DNA of 64,000 nucleotides from Octopus vulgaris. Taxonomy: Eukaryota. Positions 45,241-58,436 of the stretch are shown in pieces. The stretch spans positions 147,622,001-147,686,000 of the forward strand of contig OX597816.1 in assembly GCA_951406725.2 (NCBI GenBank). The letters run 5' to 3'. Within the stretch, counting starts at the first letter, position 1; each line of letters starts with the position of its first letter. The notes beneath the pieces were generated by a model. It did no database searches. It saw only the letters and a list, made by a program, of their open reading frames with translations, and was not told the DNA's origin. A program made the position numbers and the translations under genes.

Positions 45241-46635
45241 GACTACCAAAACGCTCTCTATTTCTTCATTAAGCACTCAGGTTCATACACGGAGGGGACA
45301 GCACAAAGACAGGCAGAAATTAACAATGGGGACAAAAATATAAAAAGAATGAAAAATGAATGATGTATAGTATAAATGATGGTGGAATGGCTGCATTGAA
45401 CCCCACTCTCAAGCAGTACCATTTAACAGTTAAACTATAAACTAAATCTTTCTTACACTGTCTTTTTTCTTTTAGCATCGCTTTTTTTCTTTTTTCTCCT
45501 TTTTTCCCTTGGAAAAGTCTATTATTTCTCTTTTTCTCTCCTTTTTACTTGGGAAAGTCTATTTTTCTCTTTAAATTATTATTATTTTTTTTACTTACTT
45601 TACTCTTTTTAACAGTTCATAAAGGGTTTCAAATCTTCAAACTCCACGACCGGTGGCAATTCGTCAAATTCGACTTTTACCCCAAACGGGTCTATACTAT
45701 TTCCGAACAGTTCTTCAATTTGTCATATCTATCCTTGTCAATAATTATTCCTTTGGTTTCTTCTGAATATTTCCCGGTGGTAACCTTACTCTTGTAACTG
45801 ATTTAAACTTCGCAATCTTCCGCTCGATTGCCATACTTTTGGCATATGTGACAATATGCTCCTTTTTTTTGTTTTTTCTGTTTTAACATCCCTTTGCTTC
45901 AGCGACAGATCTGGGCTGTCCGCACGAGTCGTTCTACTTGATTCTTCTCTTAGTCCACAAAAATAAGCTTCAATGTCTAAGTCTTCCACATCGTAAGTGC
46001 TGATGTTTCTGCTTCCACTCTACGTTCCATTGTTGATTCTGCTGGTGTCTCGCACCTATTCTTGTCCTCCTCTATCTCAATCCCCTTCATCCTCTTCTAA
46101 CTCTCCGGCGGAGAGGTCACCAGTTCTTTCCTCTTCCTCCTATTTACGACAGTGAATGATTCCTCAACTCTATCTTTCTCTCTTTCCGGTATTTCCATTT
46201 CGGCAATGTTTTTCCCTTTTCTGCTCATCTTCGTTTTCTTTCTGGAGGCACCATGCTTTTAAGTGTCCCTTTTTACTTCATCCTCTATTCTGTGCATCAC
46301 TGCTGCCACTAGCCATACTTCATTAATCTCGGGGTGTACTCTGCCAATTCTTACTCTGGCGACGCGTTTGACACAGTAAGTCGGCAGAAGTACCCATTCC
46401 GCTGTTCTTTTCGGCTCAGTGGCGTGATTTATCGCGTCTTCTTTGCTAAATCCTACTTCCACTGTGCCGTATTTCTTTCAACGCGTATAAAATGTGGTAA
46501 GCCGCTTTATTTCCTTGAAGCACTCCTGTATTGTCTCTATTAATGCAGCCTCTATCTTTCTAGAGGACGTAGATAACGTTCTGTACACCATTGTCCACTT
46601 TGCCACATTGTTCGTCAAATCTTGCGGTGAAGACA
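45241..46635 (-). mobile_element. Unit A: 5'-truncated ORF1-only Tx1-like element
   Basis: MVYRTLS..KYGTVEV..LLPTY..RVARVRIG, CHICQKYGNRAEDC knuckle-like motif, C-terminal LPPVVEF, 3' hairpin; no EN or RT motifs seen. Confidence 0.75.
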
Positions 46636-46749
46636 ATAATAATATGTTATGGCGAAAATGTGGATAATCTTTGACTTCTAGAATGTATGTATGTATGTAT
46701 GTATATGTGCAAATTGTATGTTTTGTTTTATGCATGTATTCTCATGCAT

Positions 46750-47010
46750 ATAGTTACAGGTCTAGACATGTTCATATATACTTAAAGGATAAACGTCTGG
46801 AAAGTCTTACATATTTTTTACAACTCCAGTGATGGATTGGATCTGTAGTCTTCGAATCAGCTTTCTCCTTTCTGGTTTTCAGAAGCCCAATTCCTCGAGA
46901 TTGGTATCTAGACAGTGTTATATATCCTAATACCCCAATAATTACAGGTATAAACCTGAACTTATACTTTGGATAGAGTAGTTGTAGATCCCTAAGTAGA
47001 TCCTTCAGCG
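46750..47010 (-). mobile_element. REL-type LINE extreme 3' end
   Basis: LLRDLQLLYPKYKFRFIPVIIGVLG..LQIQSITGVVKICKTF then stop. Confidence 0.7.
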
Positions 47011-48599
47011 TAGGAACTTTTCATACATATATACATACGTACATGTATTATGTATATAAATATTGAAGAGGCCTATATCTGGTTAAACTTCAAAGTCACC
47101 TTCAACGTATGGCATCCAGATAAAAAGAAAATTTCAGAGAACTTTTATTTAGTTAGATAATGTGGATTCATTCATACATCCCTGCCTTAGCTGCACCATT
47201 ATAATGTCCTTGACCCCCTACTAACATAAAAGAGAAAGCTATTTTAAAACACCGTTTCTTGTAACATGTTTGTAATCTCATAAACGCTTTTCTCTCAACA
47301 ATCTTCAAATGATTTCTTATCTCTCTTGATTCTTAAAATCTGAATCTTTGTTTCGAATTGAAAAATGTGATAAATGTTGTCTTTTTGACATATACAGAAT
47401 CAGGTATTGCATCAAATGTTACTGAACAGCATTCGATCTTTGATCTGTCAGAGAGTGTGTGTTCCTAAACAAGACAGGAGAAACAGAAATAAACGTTGTG
47501 AATCAACTGAAAAATTATGTGCATGCAATATTTCCCCATTTTCCGCGCTTTTTTTCTCTTCCTGGTGTGCGTTTCAAACGCAGGGTGCCAGTGAGACAAA
47601 AGGTCAATCAATTTGAAAATATCATCATTGTGATAATCATTGATGAGATAGGATCTACAAATATTAGTCCATCTAGACTCGCCTGCTACCATCTTTTTAT
47701 AGAATCTGTTTCATGCTTGTGCTTTAATGAATTCTGTTTTTATGCTTTCCTTATGAAAAGCGGTCGAGTTCAGAAATGCAAATACTTTTTCTTTTTTTTT
47801 CTCCATCAGGCTATACATTCTATGTTGTTAAAGCTAATGCATTTTCACTTTCACATTTACATCAGCGATATCGGGCCTGTATATTCTATCTGTTTTATGT
47901 TCACATTGGCCAAATGTGACCTCTCACACCTTCCCTACAATGTCAATCTAAAAATAAACAACAATTTTATAAACATTACAAAGCTAAAAGATAATGTGCG
48001 TTTAACTCAAAACAATGTGGATTTATAAGCATTACACTTAACAGAGAAATGGGTCAGTGTTATCGCGACTTTTCCAAAGATACTATGAAGTAAGCTTGCT
48101 TGCTTCGTTACACTAACGAATCACTTCCTGACATCTCGCCATTTTGAGTGCGTGAAAATGTATCAGCAATAAATATTTGCTATTCTCGGTCGCTTAGACA
48201 TGTTTTTCAAATCAGAATATGCTCTTTATGTTTATGCACTTCTTTGTATGAAGGGTTCTACTTGATTTCAGCCTTCGTATTGTTTATGAACTATTGTAAT
48301 AACTTACTTTAAAAATATGAGCCTTTTATTTGGATAATAGATTTAGTCTGAGATCTCTCACTCAGTATCCTTTTAGTTTGTGTTTGTCCATCTGGATCAA
48401 CATGAAATGATAAATGTTCATCTATTTTTCTCAGTAGATGAAGTATTGTCCAATCAACATTTGGTACTTGAACGACTTAAAATACTCAACGAAAAACATG
48501 CCCAATTTTACTTCGTTTTCGAGACACCATTAGTTATAGTAATCATTGGTCTTTAGCCTAACAGAATTAGCTTTCTGATTCGTTCCATCCAGGATATTA

Positions 48600-49220
48600 T
48601 TCTCAAGAACTACAGCATTGGAAAATAGAGGCAAATGTGGCAATGTCGGAACATTGAGGTATATACTTCCCAATTGCCCACTAGGTTTGGACCATAGATA
48701 GACATGGCAATATAGCCAAGTACTAAGACTGATGCAGTAACTGTCTGAGTGTGACAAGTAAATTAACAACGGCAAAATATTACAGGAAATGGAGAATGGG
48801 AAGATAAACTCCTGCAGCGATAGTGAACGCTGGAAGCCAGTCACTGTAAAGAAGAATAGTCCAGTATAGAAGAGAGTTGTAGAAGGTCTCTGTCTAGAAT
48901 TGATGGTAAATATCATTCGACTCTTTTCGTCACCAAAGTACGTGACCTCGTCGTAAGGTGCAAAGAAAGAATTGCACTAAAGATTGTACATCTAACAATT
49001 CTCAGGGAAGAGAATATTGAAGACACTTTCCTGAAGGAAGATAAAAAGTGCAGTGAGCTGTTTGTATTCTGTAAAAACAATATATGGGGGACAATGTGTC
49101 TTGCCGTAGAGACAAGTGTTAGAGGATTCCATGGAACTAGTATTGACTGGATGCTCAGTAGCCTTGGAGTAACTGCGAAAGAGAGAAAAGATGTTGACAG
49201 AATATTCTCGAGTCAGACGT
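48600..49220 (+). mobile_element. HERO-like REL LINE C-terminal remnant
   Basis: TLRYILPNCP..W.YSQVL, EENIED, AVETSVRGF resemble HERO TL.HIL..C / VEVGCRGF motifs. Confidence 0.55.
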
Positions 49221-49879
49221 AACTGAAAATCCAGAAAATTACACCCGACTCATGAGTGACGATGAGTGGCGATGCAAGATCGAGCATGATACAGATAACT
49301 GACCAGATTTGCAGCAAAACCCAAAACTCAACAAAACTCGTACTGTTGTGTGGGGCTTTTCTTGCCTACATTAGTGAGTGGCCTTAGACGACCTTTGTGC
49401 CACCACAGAGGAGGCAAAAACATATACAGAGCTATTTCACCGTCTGATGACATCTAATTCTGCTTTCGAGGATGGAGTACAGCAACACCTTCAGCATACA
49501 AGTGAAAACGCTAAAATGCTTCCTTACGTAAACTCTTTCCTGAAAAAATTGCTATCACTTCCATATACACTGCATATCGCTATTAGCAACTCATCGTTAC
49601 CCTCCTTTGTACTGCTTTAGCTGCCAAAACTCTCTTACTGCCATTTTATTTCATTCTATTTAGATTATTTTCCTCTCATTTACATCATATTTATATCATA
49701 TTTAATGTATACTGCTTTATTTCACCTCCACTATTTTCATTTTGTTACATTTCCTATCCCTTTTTAATCAATTTTGATTTACATTTTATAACTTTTTAAT
49801 ATTCTATATTTATATGAAGTTACAATGCATTTATCACATTTTGTCATATATTTTCAGAAAAGAAACTACAATATATCAT

Positions 49880-49915
<36 letters not shown>

Positions 49916-49924
49916 TATATATCT

Positions 49925-49959
<35 letters not shown>

Positions 49960-50047
49960 TATATATCTATACATCTATATATATATATATATATACATCT
50001 ATATATATATATACATCTATATATATATACATCTATATATATATATA

Positions 50048-50141
<94 letters not shown>

Positions 50142-50158
50142 ATATATATATATACATC

Positions 50159-50215
<57 letters not shown>

Positions 50216-51824
50216 TGCCATTTATCATTCATCAGCTTCTACCATTTATTATTTTCCCTTTACCCATTCAGCTCAATCATTGCTTTCATCCCTCCAATGC
50301 AGCATATTATTCTTCAAATATTTTTTAGGTTTCTTTCTCACAAACCTTTTACATACAAACAGATTTTAGTTATTCCCTAACTGTACGTCAGTGCAATAAA
50401 TAAGTATGTGTATAAATAAATGTGTGACTATGTATGAGTACATGCATGTGTGCGTACTTATGCGCGTAGTGCATATGCATATATATTAACGCGTGTTTTT
50501 GTGTAACTAACAAAGTGTCAAAATGCAAAATACAAGGATCAAGAAAATATTTAAACTTTTCTACAGCGAGCGTAAGGATACGAGCGTGCGCCAACATGTG
50601 CAGAAAATGTATATAAATGCGTATATTTCTGTATATAAATGCGTATATAAATGTGCGTGTATGTGTGTGATCATGCGAGTACTTAGGTACAAGTCTGGGT
50701 AAATGAATTCACACACAAATGAGTATGAGATGAGAATGAAAAAAATCCCAATAATGCCGCAGCAAAATTATTTCCTATCTGATCTGCTAATTGACATTAA
50801 ACTGGTCGTTCAGACAGTGAATGACTTCTATCGTCTTTACTCTACTTGACAGCAAATCTATACAAATGTTACTTGGTACAACAATGAACTCCTGTGTATA
50901 TGAATGTATTGCTGTCTGCGTTTATTATCTATTCCACATTTGCTCATAAATTTATTTATATGTCGATTCATCAGCACATCTGTGGTCCTCTTTAATTGAT
51001 ATAATCATATATTGCATCGACGACTTGCACTCCATACTTCACATCTTCTTTTATAATATTACACAATAAATACAAGAATATTGCGACTCTCCAACGCATA
51101 CACACAGCATCCCATCAGGATCCAGTTTTATACCGAACTAGTTTCATATTTCTCGGTGTTTCCTCATTTATATTTCCTTGAAATATGAAATAACATCTTT
51201 TCCCTAAGCGGAAATGTAAACAAAACCGGATTTTAGTAAACGCAATTTTTAATCCACAGCATGATATATTTGTCATAAGCACATGGTATAGCTTTCAACT
51301 TAACAATCATACACATACTCCCTGTTTTCCTCGTAATATATTTGCACTTATTTTGGTTTTCGCTATTTTAACGTTGTGAATCTTTCATTTTTACAAATAA
51401 TTAATAAAAACGATGTTTATAGAAATGTATTTATGTCTAAATTGGAATGATGAAATAATTAAATTTAGGACCAGCTCCAAAAAAGAGCAAGTAGCTGAGA
51501 TCTTAATGCTTTAATAAATAGCGAACTGCATCTAGAAGCGGAGAAGGAAGTGGTTGTAAGATGGCAAAAGAAGCCATTTTCTTCAAATTTGAAGATATTG
51601 TCGCAATAGCAGTGATCAGAATTATTCGAGTTAATTAAGTCATAAGAAATTTACTTCTAGGAAAACGAAATTATGATGACGAAGACGACGGTGGAAGCGA
51701 CGTTGAGGACAACAACGATGATGATGTTGAAGATGTGGATGAGTATGATGATGGCAGGATGATGTAGATTACTGTCTATGGTGGAGTTGGTGACGAAGAC
51801 ATTTGTATCAGAAGACATTTGCAA

Positions 51825-52270
51825 CCACCAATAGAAGAGAATATGACCAAGAACTGCGTGTACTCCATCCCATGCAGCTGTGGTAACTTATACAAAGGCG
51901 AAACATGCCGGCCCCTCAAAATAAGGGTAGAGGAACATCGCAAAGCTGTGACACTAGGAGATATTGATTAATAGGGTATAGCTGATCATGTATGGAAAAA
52001 TGGAGACCACCTCCACTGTGGGATGATGTTAAAATAATAGACAGAGAACACCACTGGAATATACGAAAACTAAAAGAAGCAGCCTATATTCTAGGACACA
52101 ACAACCTCCTAAGCAAACAAAGTGCAGATATGAATAGCATATGGGAACCTGTATTAGATTTATAAGCCCTAAAATTCACTCCATAATTGACCGCGGGCAT
52201 GCGACGTAGTGGTTAAGAGCGCGGGCTACAAACCCAAGCTGTGATAATAATCACATCGAAAAATACCTTT
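51825..52270 (+). mobile_element. Penelope-like 3' fragment (GIY-YIG plus partial tRNA-like terminal repeat), same family as 13981-15625
   Basis: CVYSIPCSCGNLYKGETCRPLKIRVEEHRK; GGGCAT..GTAGTGGTTAAGAGCGCGGGCTAC; CATCGAAAAATACC. Confidence 0.88.
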
Positions 52271-53900
52271 GCTGTCAAATTCCTTTGCAGGTATATTTTT
52301 ATCAGTGGGAACACTTACATCTATTACTCTACAATTATATCTGGTCGATTAGCCTAGATCGTTCTGTCAGTGTTGACTGGAAAATTCCACAGAATAGTGA
52401 CATTTTTACCTTCAACGCCTGGATTAGGGTAATGTTCTTACCAGTAAGCAAGAGTGTTGATTTTGTAGTGTTTAAATATTTTCCAATATAAGTATTGTCC
52501 TACCCTATCGAGACGAGACGATCTATTGTTTCATCAAATTCATCGCAGAATCCGCATTTGCAGACGGAGCCGCTTTGGAGAACTTTAGCCTGGTAGTTTT
52601 TGGTAAGCAAGCTTGTGTGCCAATATGAAACCATCGGTCTCTGCTTGCAGTCCTGAACTTCTCAACCACTGATGGGCTGTTACTTGGTCTACATCAGAAT
52701 TTCCACAAACGAAAAATATACTGTCCATACAGAGGCTTCTGGTTCCATCGCTCCTCAATTTTTCTGCCCGTTCTCTTTTTTATCCGTTTTGGTCTTTTCG
52801 TGGCAGTGGTTTCAGTTCTTCATCTAATACTGGGTTAATGCTAAGTTCCCTTACAAATCTGCAAGCTTCCTTGGTAGTAAAATGTGACTCTTTGCTGCCT
52901 TCGTGTTTGCACACAAGTCCAGCATCCTCTCCTCTGTAAAAGATAAGTACTTTTTCATTGCTATTGTGGAGGTCTTATAGCACAGTTCTACCTGCATAAT
53001 TTCATTTCCTCATTACTTATGGGTAGGTACAGACGATCAACGTCTGCGTTGTTGCTATTTTCATTTGGTCTGCCATGGAATAGATGAGGTTATTTAAGGT
53101 TGTTAGACCATTTCCCTTAGTCCTTAAAATCTGTCTAAGAGCAATATTATATATCATGGTTATGTTGAGGTAGGCCTATATTTTCTCCTCTTTTCCCTGT
53201 ATATCCTATTCTTCGCTGTTCTTTCTTCAGCTTCCTCGATGGGATGTACTGCTCGTATACTGGGATCTGCGGATCTGTTACCTATTCCATCTGCATTGTT
53301 GCTGTTTTCATTTGGTCTACCATGGGATATTTGTGTCCTAATTAGGCAAATTTCAGCGTCAGTTAGCCTTTTATTCTCAACAATGTCTCTACATAAATTA
53401 ATTTATTTGCGTCTATATGTTTGCGTACTTCATTAACTACTAAGTTTTTCCATGAAGTATAAGTTTATACAATCTTCTCTAGTCCATTTTATGCGTTTTG
53501 CTGTAGATGGTGTTTTTTTGGTGGTGTTACTACATGTCTAGGGTTAGGGTAATCCTGGTTCTGGTCACCAGGTAGTTCGTGTCTGTTTTTTCTTTAGAGT
53601 TTGTTTCAGCCGCAGACTTTTCGACCAAGTTTCGTTCCCCACTTGGTAACGCGGCATGAGTTTGGGCTTATCATTAACACATTGACAGTAATAATAGGAG
53701 ACGGGTCTGTTTGTTCAAGGTTGATTATTTTGACACGACACCTCTTCCCTGCTCTTTGAAAATCACCTCTGTTTTTTTTTGTTGTTGCTGCTATATTTCC
53801 AGTATAACTGTTTAGTGATGTTTTAAGCTGAGAAGCCTATTTGCTCCTTTTTCTATTTCTTTGTGGGAAGCTGCTTTCTTTTTGTTTGGTACGGTGTCTT
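52270..53900 (-). mobile_element. Internally deleted R4/Dong-like LINE
   Basis: RLYLP, QWLRSSGLQAETDGF, C.F.DE-type motifs joined to an N-terminal KRIKWTRED region. Confidence 0.65.
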
Positions 53901-54359
53901 TCGTGACACGTGTTTTTCTTTTATTTTGTGTGTGTGTACATGTATGTCGTGTAGACATTATTTATGTTGCTTGTAAATATTAGCATGTGTGCATGGATAC
54001 ATGGACAGTTGCATGTTAAGGTTATTATTCAATTTACGTACTTACTGTGTAATTATTGTGTTTATCCAGGATTCATGGTGCTGATTTCAACGTCTTGCAT
54101 ATGTTACATTGGGATATCACGCATTTAAGAAAGAAACTACACTGTAAGTAGCAAAAATATGTCTGATTTTTTAGGTACTTTGCTTTAACAGGACTTTTTC
54201 CATAACTCTATGGTGAAATTTTCCTTCCATTGCACCAATGTTATTGGATTAAGTTTGCTTTGTGGAGAGATGTACTTAGAGTACGTCTATGTTATTCTTG
54301 TTGTTATTCATAAACGCATAGCAGATTAGACAGTTGGAAGAGAAAAATTCTAAAATCGG

Positions 54360-56620
54360 ACTACAGCAAATAACCTTAGATACCAAGAACTCTCCTAACT
54401 ATCATAGCAGTCCCTAATAACACTGTTTTCTGGAGCTGTACTAAACTGGGTTTTGTGCCTATTTCCTCTCAAATATTTAGGGATATTCCTAACGCACCTA
54501 TAACTACTGGGATACATTATAACCGAACTTTTCATATTCTCTGTAATTCAATTGTTAGGTCCAGGTACTTTGCTATTTTTTTCTATACTTCTCATATTTA
54601 GGTTTTCCTCATCTAGGACTGTAAAGTCAATTATCTGGCACTTTTTATTCTCTTTATTTACTACTACTAAATCAGGCCTTCTACGTTCTACTAGACTGTG
54701 GGTCTACATTTTAAAGTCCTACACTATTTTATAATTCTAACTTCCTAGTACTCTACTAGGTTCATGTTTATATCATTTATCAATATGTTCAAAGCCTCGC
54801 TTTCTACATAACTCCCGGTGGAATACTCTCCCTAGATTGTCGTCTTCTTTTGTATTCTTTATGCGCCAGCATGCTACATTCACTTACTATATGAGTAACG
54901 CTTTCCTATTTTGATTTGCATAGGTTACATTAGGAATCTACATGGCTTTTATCCAATTAGTCCTAAATAATCTTTGTTTCCCTTTCCAGTCTTCATTTCT
55001 GCAACCATAACCATGTCTCACTATTATTATTTGCTGCAACTATCTTTAGGAATCTACCATGCAAATCGTTCTTTTGCCAGTCAGGTAACTTCTGTTCTTT
55101 TTTCTGGTTTTTAACTTCTTTTGGGTTTTGGATTTTGGGTTTCCGATGCCTTACTGTGACTCTGGCAGCTTTTAATAAACCTTCTCTACCATTACCTACA
55201 TAGGAGTCGATATTTACTCTAACTCCACTCAGGCTTCTACTGATATTAGCCATTTTCCTCATTCTTTACTAGATAAGTATAATCTTCCTACGCCTACCTT
55301 TGATGGAGTCCTCCATTCATATTGAGTTCCTTCCTAATTCTTCTGTCTAGCTTTGATAATTCAGTTTTTGTCCTATCTACAAAAGCTGCTGAATATTTAA
55401 GTAATGATACTGCCCAAGTATTTACAGCCCTCACTAGATTTGGACCGTTTAGCTTTGACTTCATTAGCTTCCTCATCCTTCAGATGTACGCCTTCTCAAT
55501 TTTCGTTTACATTTCTATAGTTAGTACTCTGTCAGATTCTAATACTCCTAGATACTTATAACTCTTTCCTTTTAATGATTTTAATATCTCGCTATCTGGT
55601 AATGGGATGCCTTCACTGTTGACTACCTGTCCTTTTCTAATATTGCATACTTATCTATGCCTATATCTTTGCTGAGAAGTCTTACGTCTATATTAAGGAA
55701 TCTATCTCTTATTCATTCTCACTAAAAAGCTTCAGATCATCCAGATACAGCAAATAATTACTTTTTCCATTACTATTTCTGAACTAATACACTGCCTTAG
55801 CTTTCCTTAATACTAAACAGAGGTTATCAAACATAAGAGGGGACAACGAATCCTCCTGGAAAATTGCTCCTTTGATATTTACTTTCCATAAGAGTATGTC
55901 AGCTGAGCAGAGTTCTACTATCTATTTCTTCATGCTACAGCTAATTATTTCTCTTATGTTATCTGCTATACTGAATATACTCAAACATTCACTTATCCAT
56001 GAGTGTGAGATCATATCATATGCTTCATATAATCTATCGATCCTATTGTTAGATTTATCTTTCTAGCTTTTACTTTATTTAGAACTGCTTTGTCTATGTA
56101 TGATAGACCATGCATGTCTCTAAACTTCTTCCTGCAACATTTGTGTTCTGGCAGTAAATTCTGGTTGTCAGGGGCTCGAAAACTCTTTCTGAATGTATTC
56201 CTATTAACAGTTCTCTACTCGAAAGCTAAGCAAGTGATTGGTCTATAGTTGCTAGAAGAATTACACTTGATTTTATCTTGCATGAGTGTTGTCCTCTGTT
56301 TAGTCATACAATCTCGCAGTATTCCTTCATTAAAACATTCCTGAAGTTGTTCCCTCATCCTTCCAAGTAAACTACTGAAATCCTTTCGCCATTACCCTTG
56401 AACTAAATCTGATCCTGTGTCCTTCCAATTCAGCATTCCCCTAACACTTTACTCATTAATGCACAAGTTAATCTTAGATCTGGCTGCTTCTCACCCACTA
56501 CTTCTTCCCTCACTTTCTTTAACGATAGTGCATCTCCATCATAATTGACTAGTATATGCCAAATATTACTCCAGAAGTTCTTCTGCCTTAGGTCTCTCAT
56601 CTTCAGTACTTCGTTCTCCA
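54360..56620 (-). mobile_element. R4/Dong-like LINE (RT to REL), degenerate
   Basis: NYRPITCL, FQEDSLSPL, YLDDLKL, YKYLGV, LNGPNLVRAVNTWAV, WQKNDLHGRF, RPDLV, VVIGALG, LQKTVLLGTA. Confidence 0.85.
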
Positions 56621-56646
56621 CTATTTATTTGGTTATAAAATCTACT

Positions 56647-57347
56647 CTGTCTTTGGCTGCTATTTCTAAATTTTCGGTATGTGGTGAAGCAAATTTTGCT
56701 TAACCCTCAATTATATTTAATTATATATAAAAAAAAAAACTTTTTGTAAAAGTTTCTACCGATAATGGTTTTCATTCCATACCGAAACTACTTGGTAAAA
56801 TTTATTAATTATTAAATTAATAATTATTTACCCTATATATGTAATGATTTTTTCACTCCCGCATAACAAACTGCAGTTTTCTTTCTGTGGTACCATCTTG
56901 TGACGCACATGGAGGGAAAATACGAATTCACTCGTCTATATAAATGTGGATGTGCTGACTACCTTCTGTTATTTTCTAATGGCACTTGATTGGGATGCAA
57001 AGGGTAGGATCCTAGCATTTTCAGATTTATAAATTCTCGAAATATTATGCCGACGAAGGAAATGAATTTGTGTAATTCTAATCCAGAAACGCGTCCATAA
57101 TTAATGAAAGACCAATTTCGTTATTTTTTCTTCTTTTTGCCTGTGAGTTACTAATATTTTTATCTGTGGAGTCATATTTGTAATAAAAAGGAATGAGCTG
57201 TCTTTGGCTGCTATTTCTGAATATTTCTGAATCATATTTAATCATATATAAATTAAAAATTTGTAAAAGTTTTCTTTCTATACAGAAACTACTTGGTAAA
57301 ATTAATTAATTATTAAATTAATAATTCTTTACCCTATATCTGTAATG
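56647..57347 (+). mobile_element. Partial tandem PLE-type terminal repeat (56647-56846 repeated at 57198-57347) containing a hammerhead
   Basis: Direct repeat CTGTCTTTGGCTGCTATTTCT...ACCCTATAT.TGTAATG; runs into (TA)n. Confidence 0.7.
57044..57101 (+). ncRNA. Minimal hammerhead, CCGACGA (U4C) core variant
   Basis: ATTATG-CCGACGA-AGGA...TCCA-GAAAC-GC-GTC-CATAAT; perfect 6-bp stem I, GUC triplet. Confidence 0.7.
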
Positions 57348-57411
57348 TATATATATATGTGTAGATAGAAATATTATATATGTATGTAGATATATTACAT
57401 ATATATATATA

Positions 57412-57467
<56 letters not shown>

Positions 57468-57769
57468 GTTTATATATTGTATATATGTATTTATATATAT
57501 TATATATATATATAGGTATTTATATATATTATATATATATATATATATACATATGTATATATATATATATTTATATATTATATATATATGTATTTATATA
57601 TTATATATGTATTTATAGTATATATATATATGTATTTATATATTATATATATATGTATATATATGTATACATATATGTATTTATATATTATATATACATG
57701 TATTTATGTATTATATATATGCATATATTATGTATATATGTGTGTGTGTATCATTTATTATATATATAT

Positions 57770-57806
<37 letters not shown>

Positions 57807-58106
57807 CAATATCAATAGGACTGCTATAGAAGTGCTCTATTGAAAGAGACAAAAATATCAAATTAAATTTACTGAACAAACAAATGCAAGGGAAGGTCTG
57901 AAAAACATTTTTTTTTCTCGCACCTTATTATTATTATTGTTATTATTATTATATGCTTGTATGCTTGTACAGATGAATTATGTTCCATCTTGTGGGATAT
58001 TTATTTGTATATTCTATGATTAAATGTTCGAATTATGAAATGCTATGCGGATGACCTTGCATTTGTTTGTTCAATAACTTTAGTTGGATATATATATATA
58101 TATATG

Positions 58107-58423
58107 CTATTGATGGCATTCCGTCGGTTACGATGACGAGTGTTCCAGTTGATCCGATAAACGGAACAGCCTGCTGGTGAAATTAATGTGTAAGTGGCTG
58201 AGCACTCCATAGACTCCTGTACCCGTAACGTAGTTCTCGGGGAGATTCAACGTGACACAGAGTGTGCCAAGGCTGGCCCTTTGAAATACAGGGACGACAG
58301 AAACAGAAAAAAAGAGTGGTGAAAGAGTACAGCAGGGTGGACCCCCTGCTAGTCTGAGAATCGAAACCGCAATCCTAAGACCGCGAATCAGCTGCCCTAA
58401 CCAGTGGGTTATTGCGTCTCCAC
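58107..58423 (-). mobile_element. tRNA-derived SINE
   Basis: Minus head GGAGACGCAATAACCCACTGGTTAGGG..GGTTTCGATTCTC followed by a GC-richer body. Confidence 0.75.
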
Positions 58424-58436
58424 ATATTATTATTAT

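Noticed and set aside
53043-53330. 40-bp direct repeat inside the Dong-like element
   Set aside because: Probably an internal repeat or deletion scar of the LINE; no independent significance.
56750-56800. Hammerhead-like TACCGATAA...GAAACTACTTGGTA
   Set aside because: Several core positions are altered; at most a dead copy.
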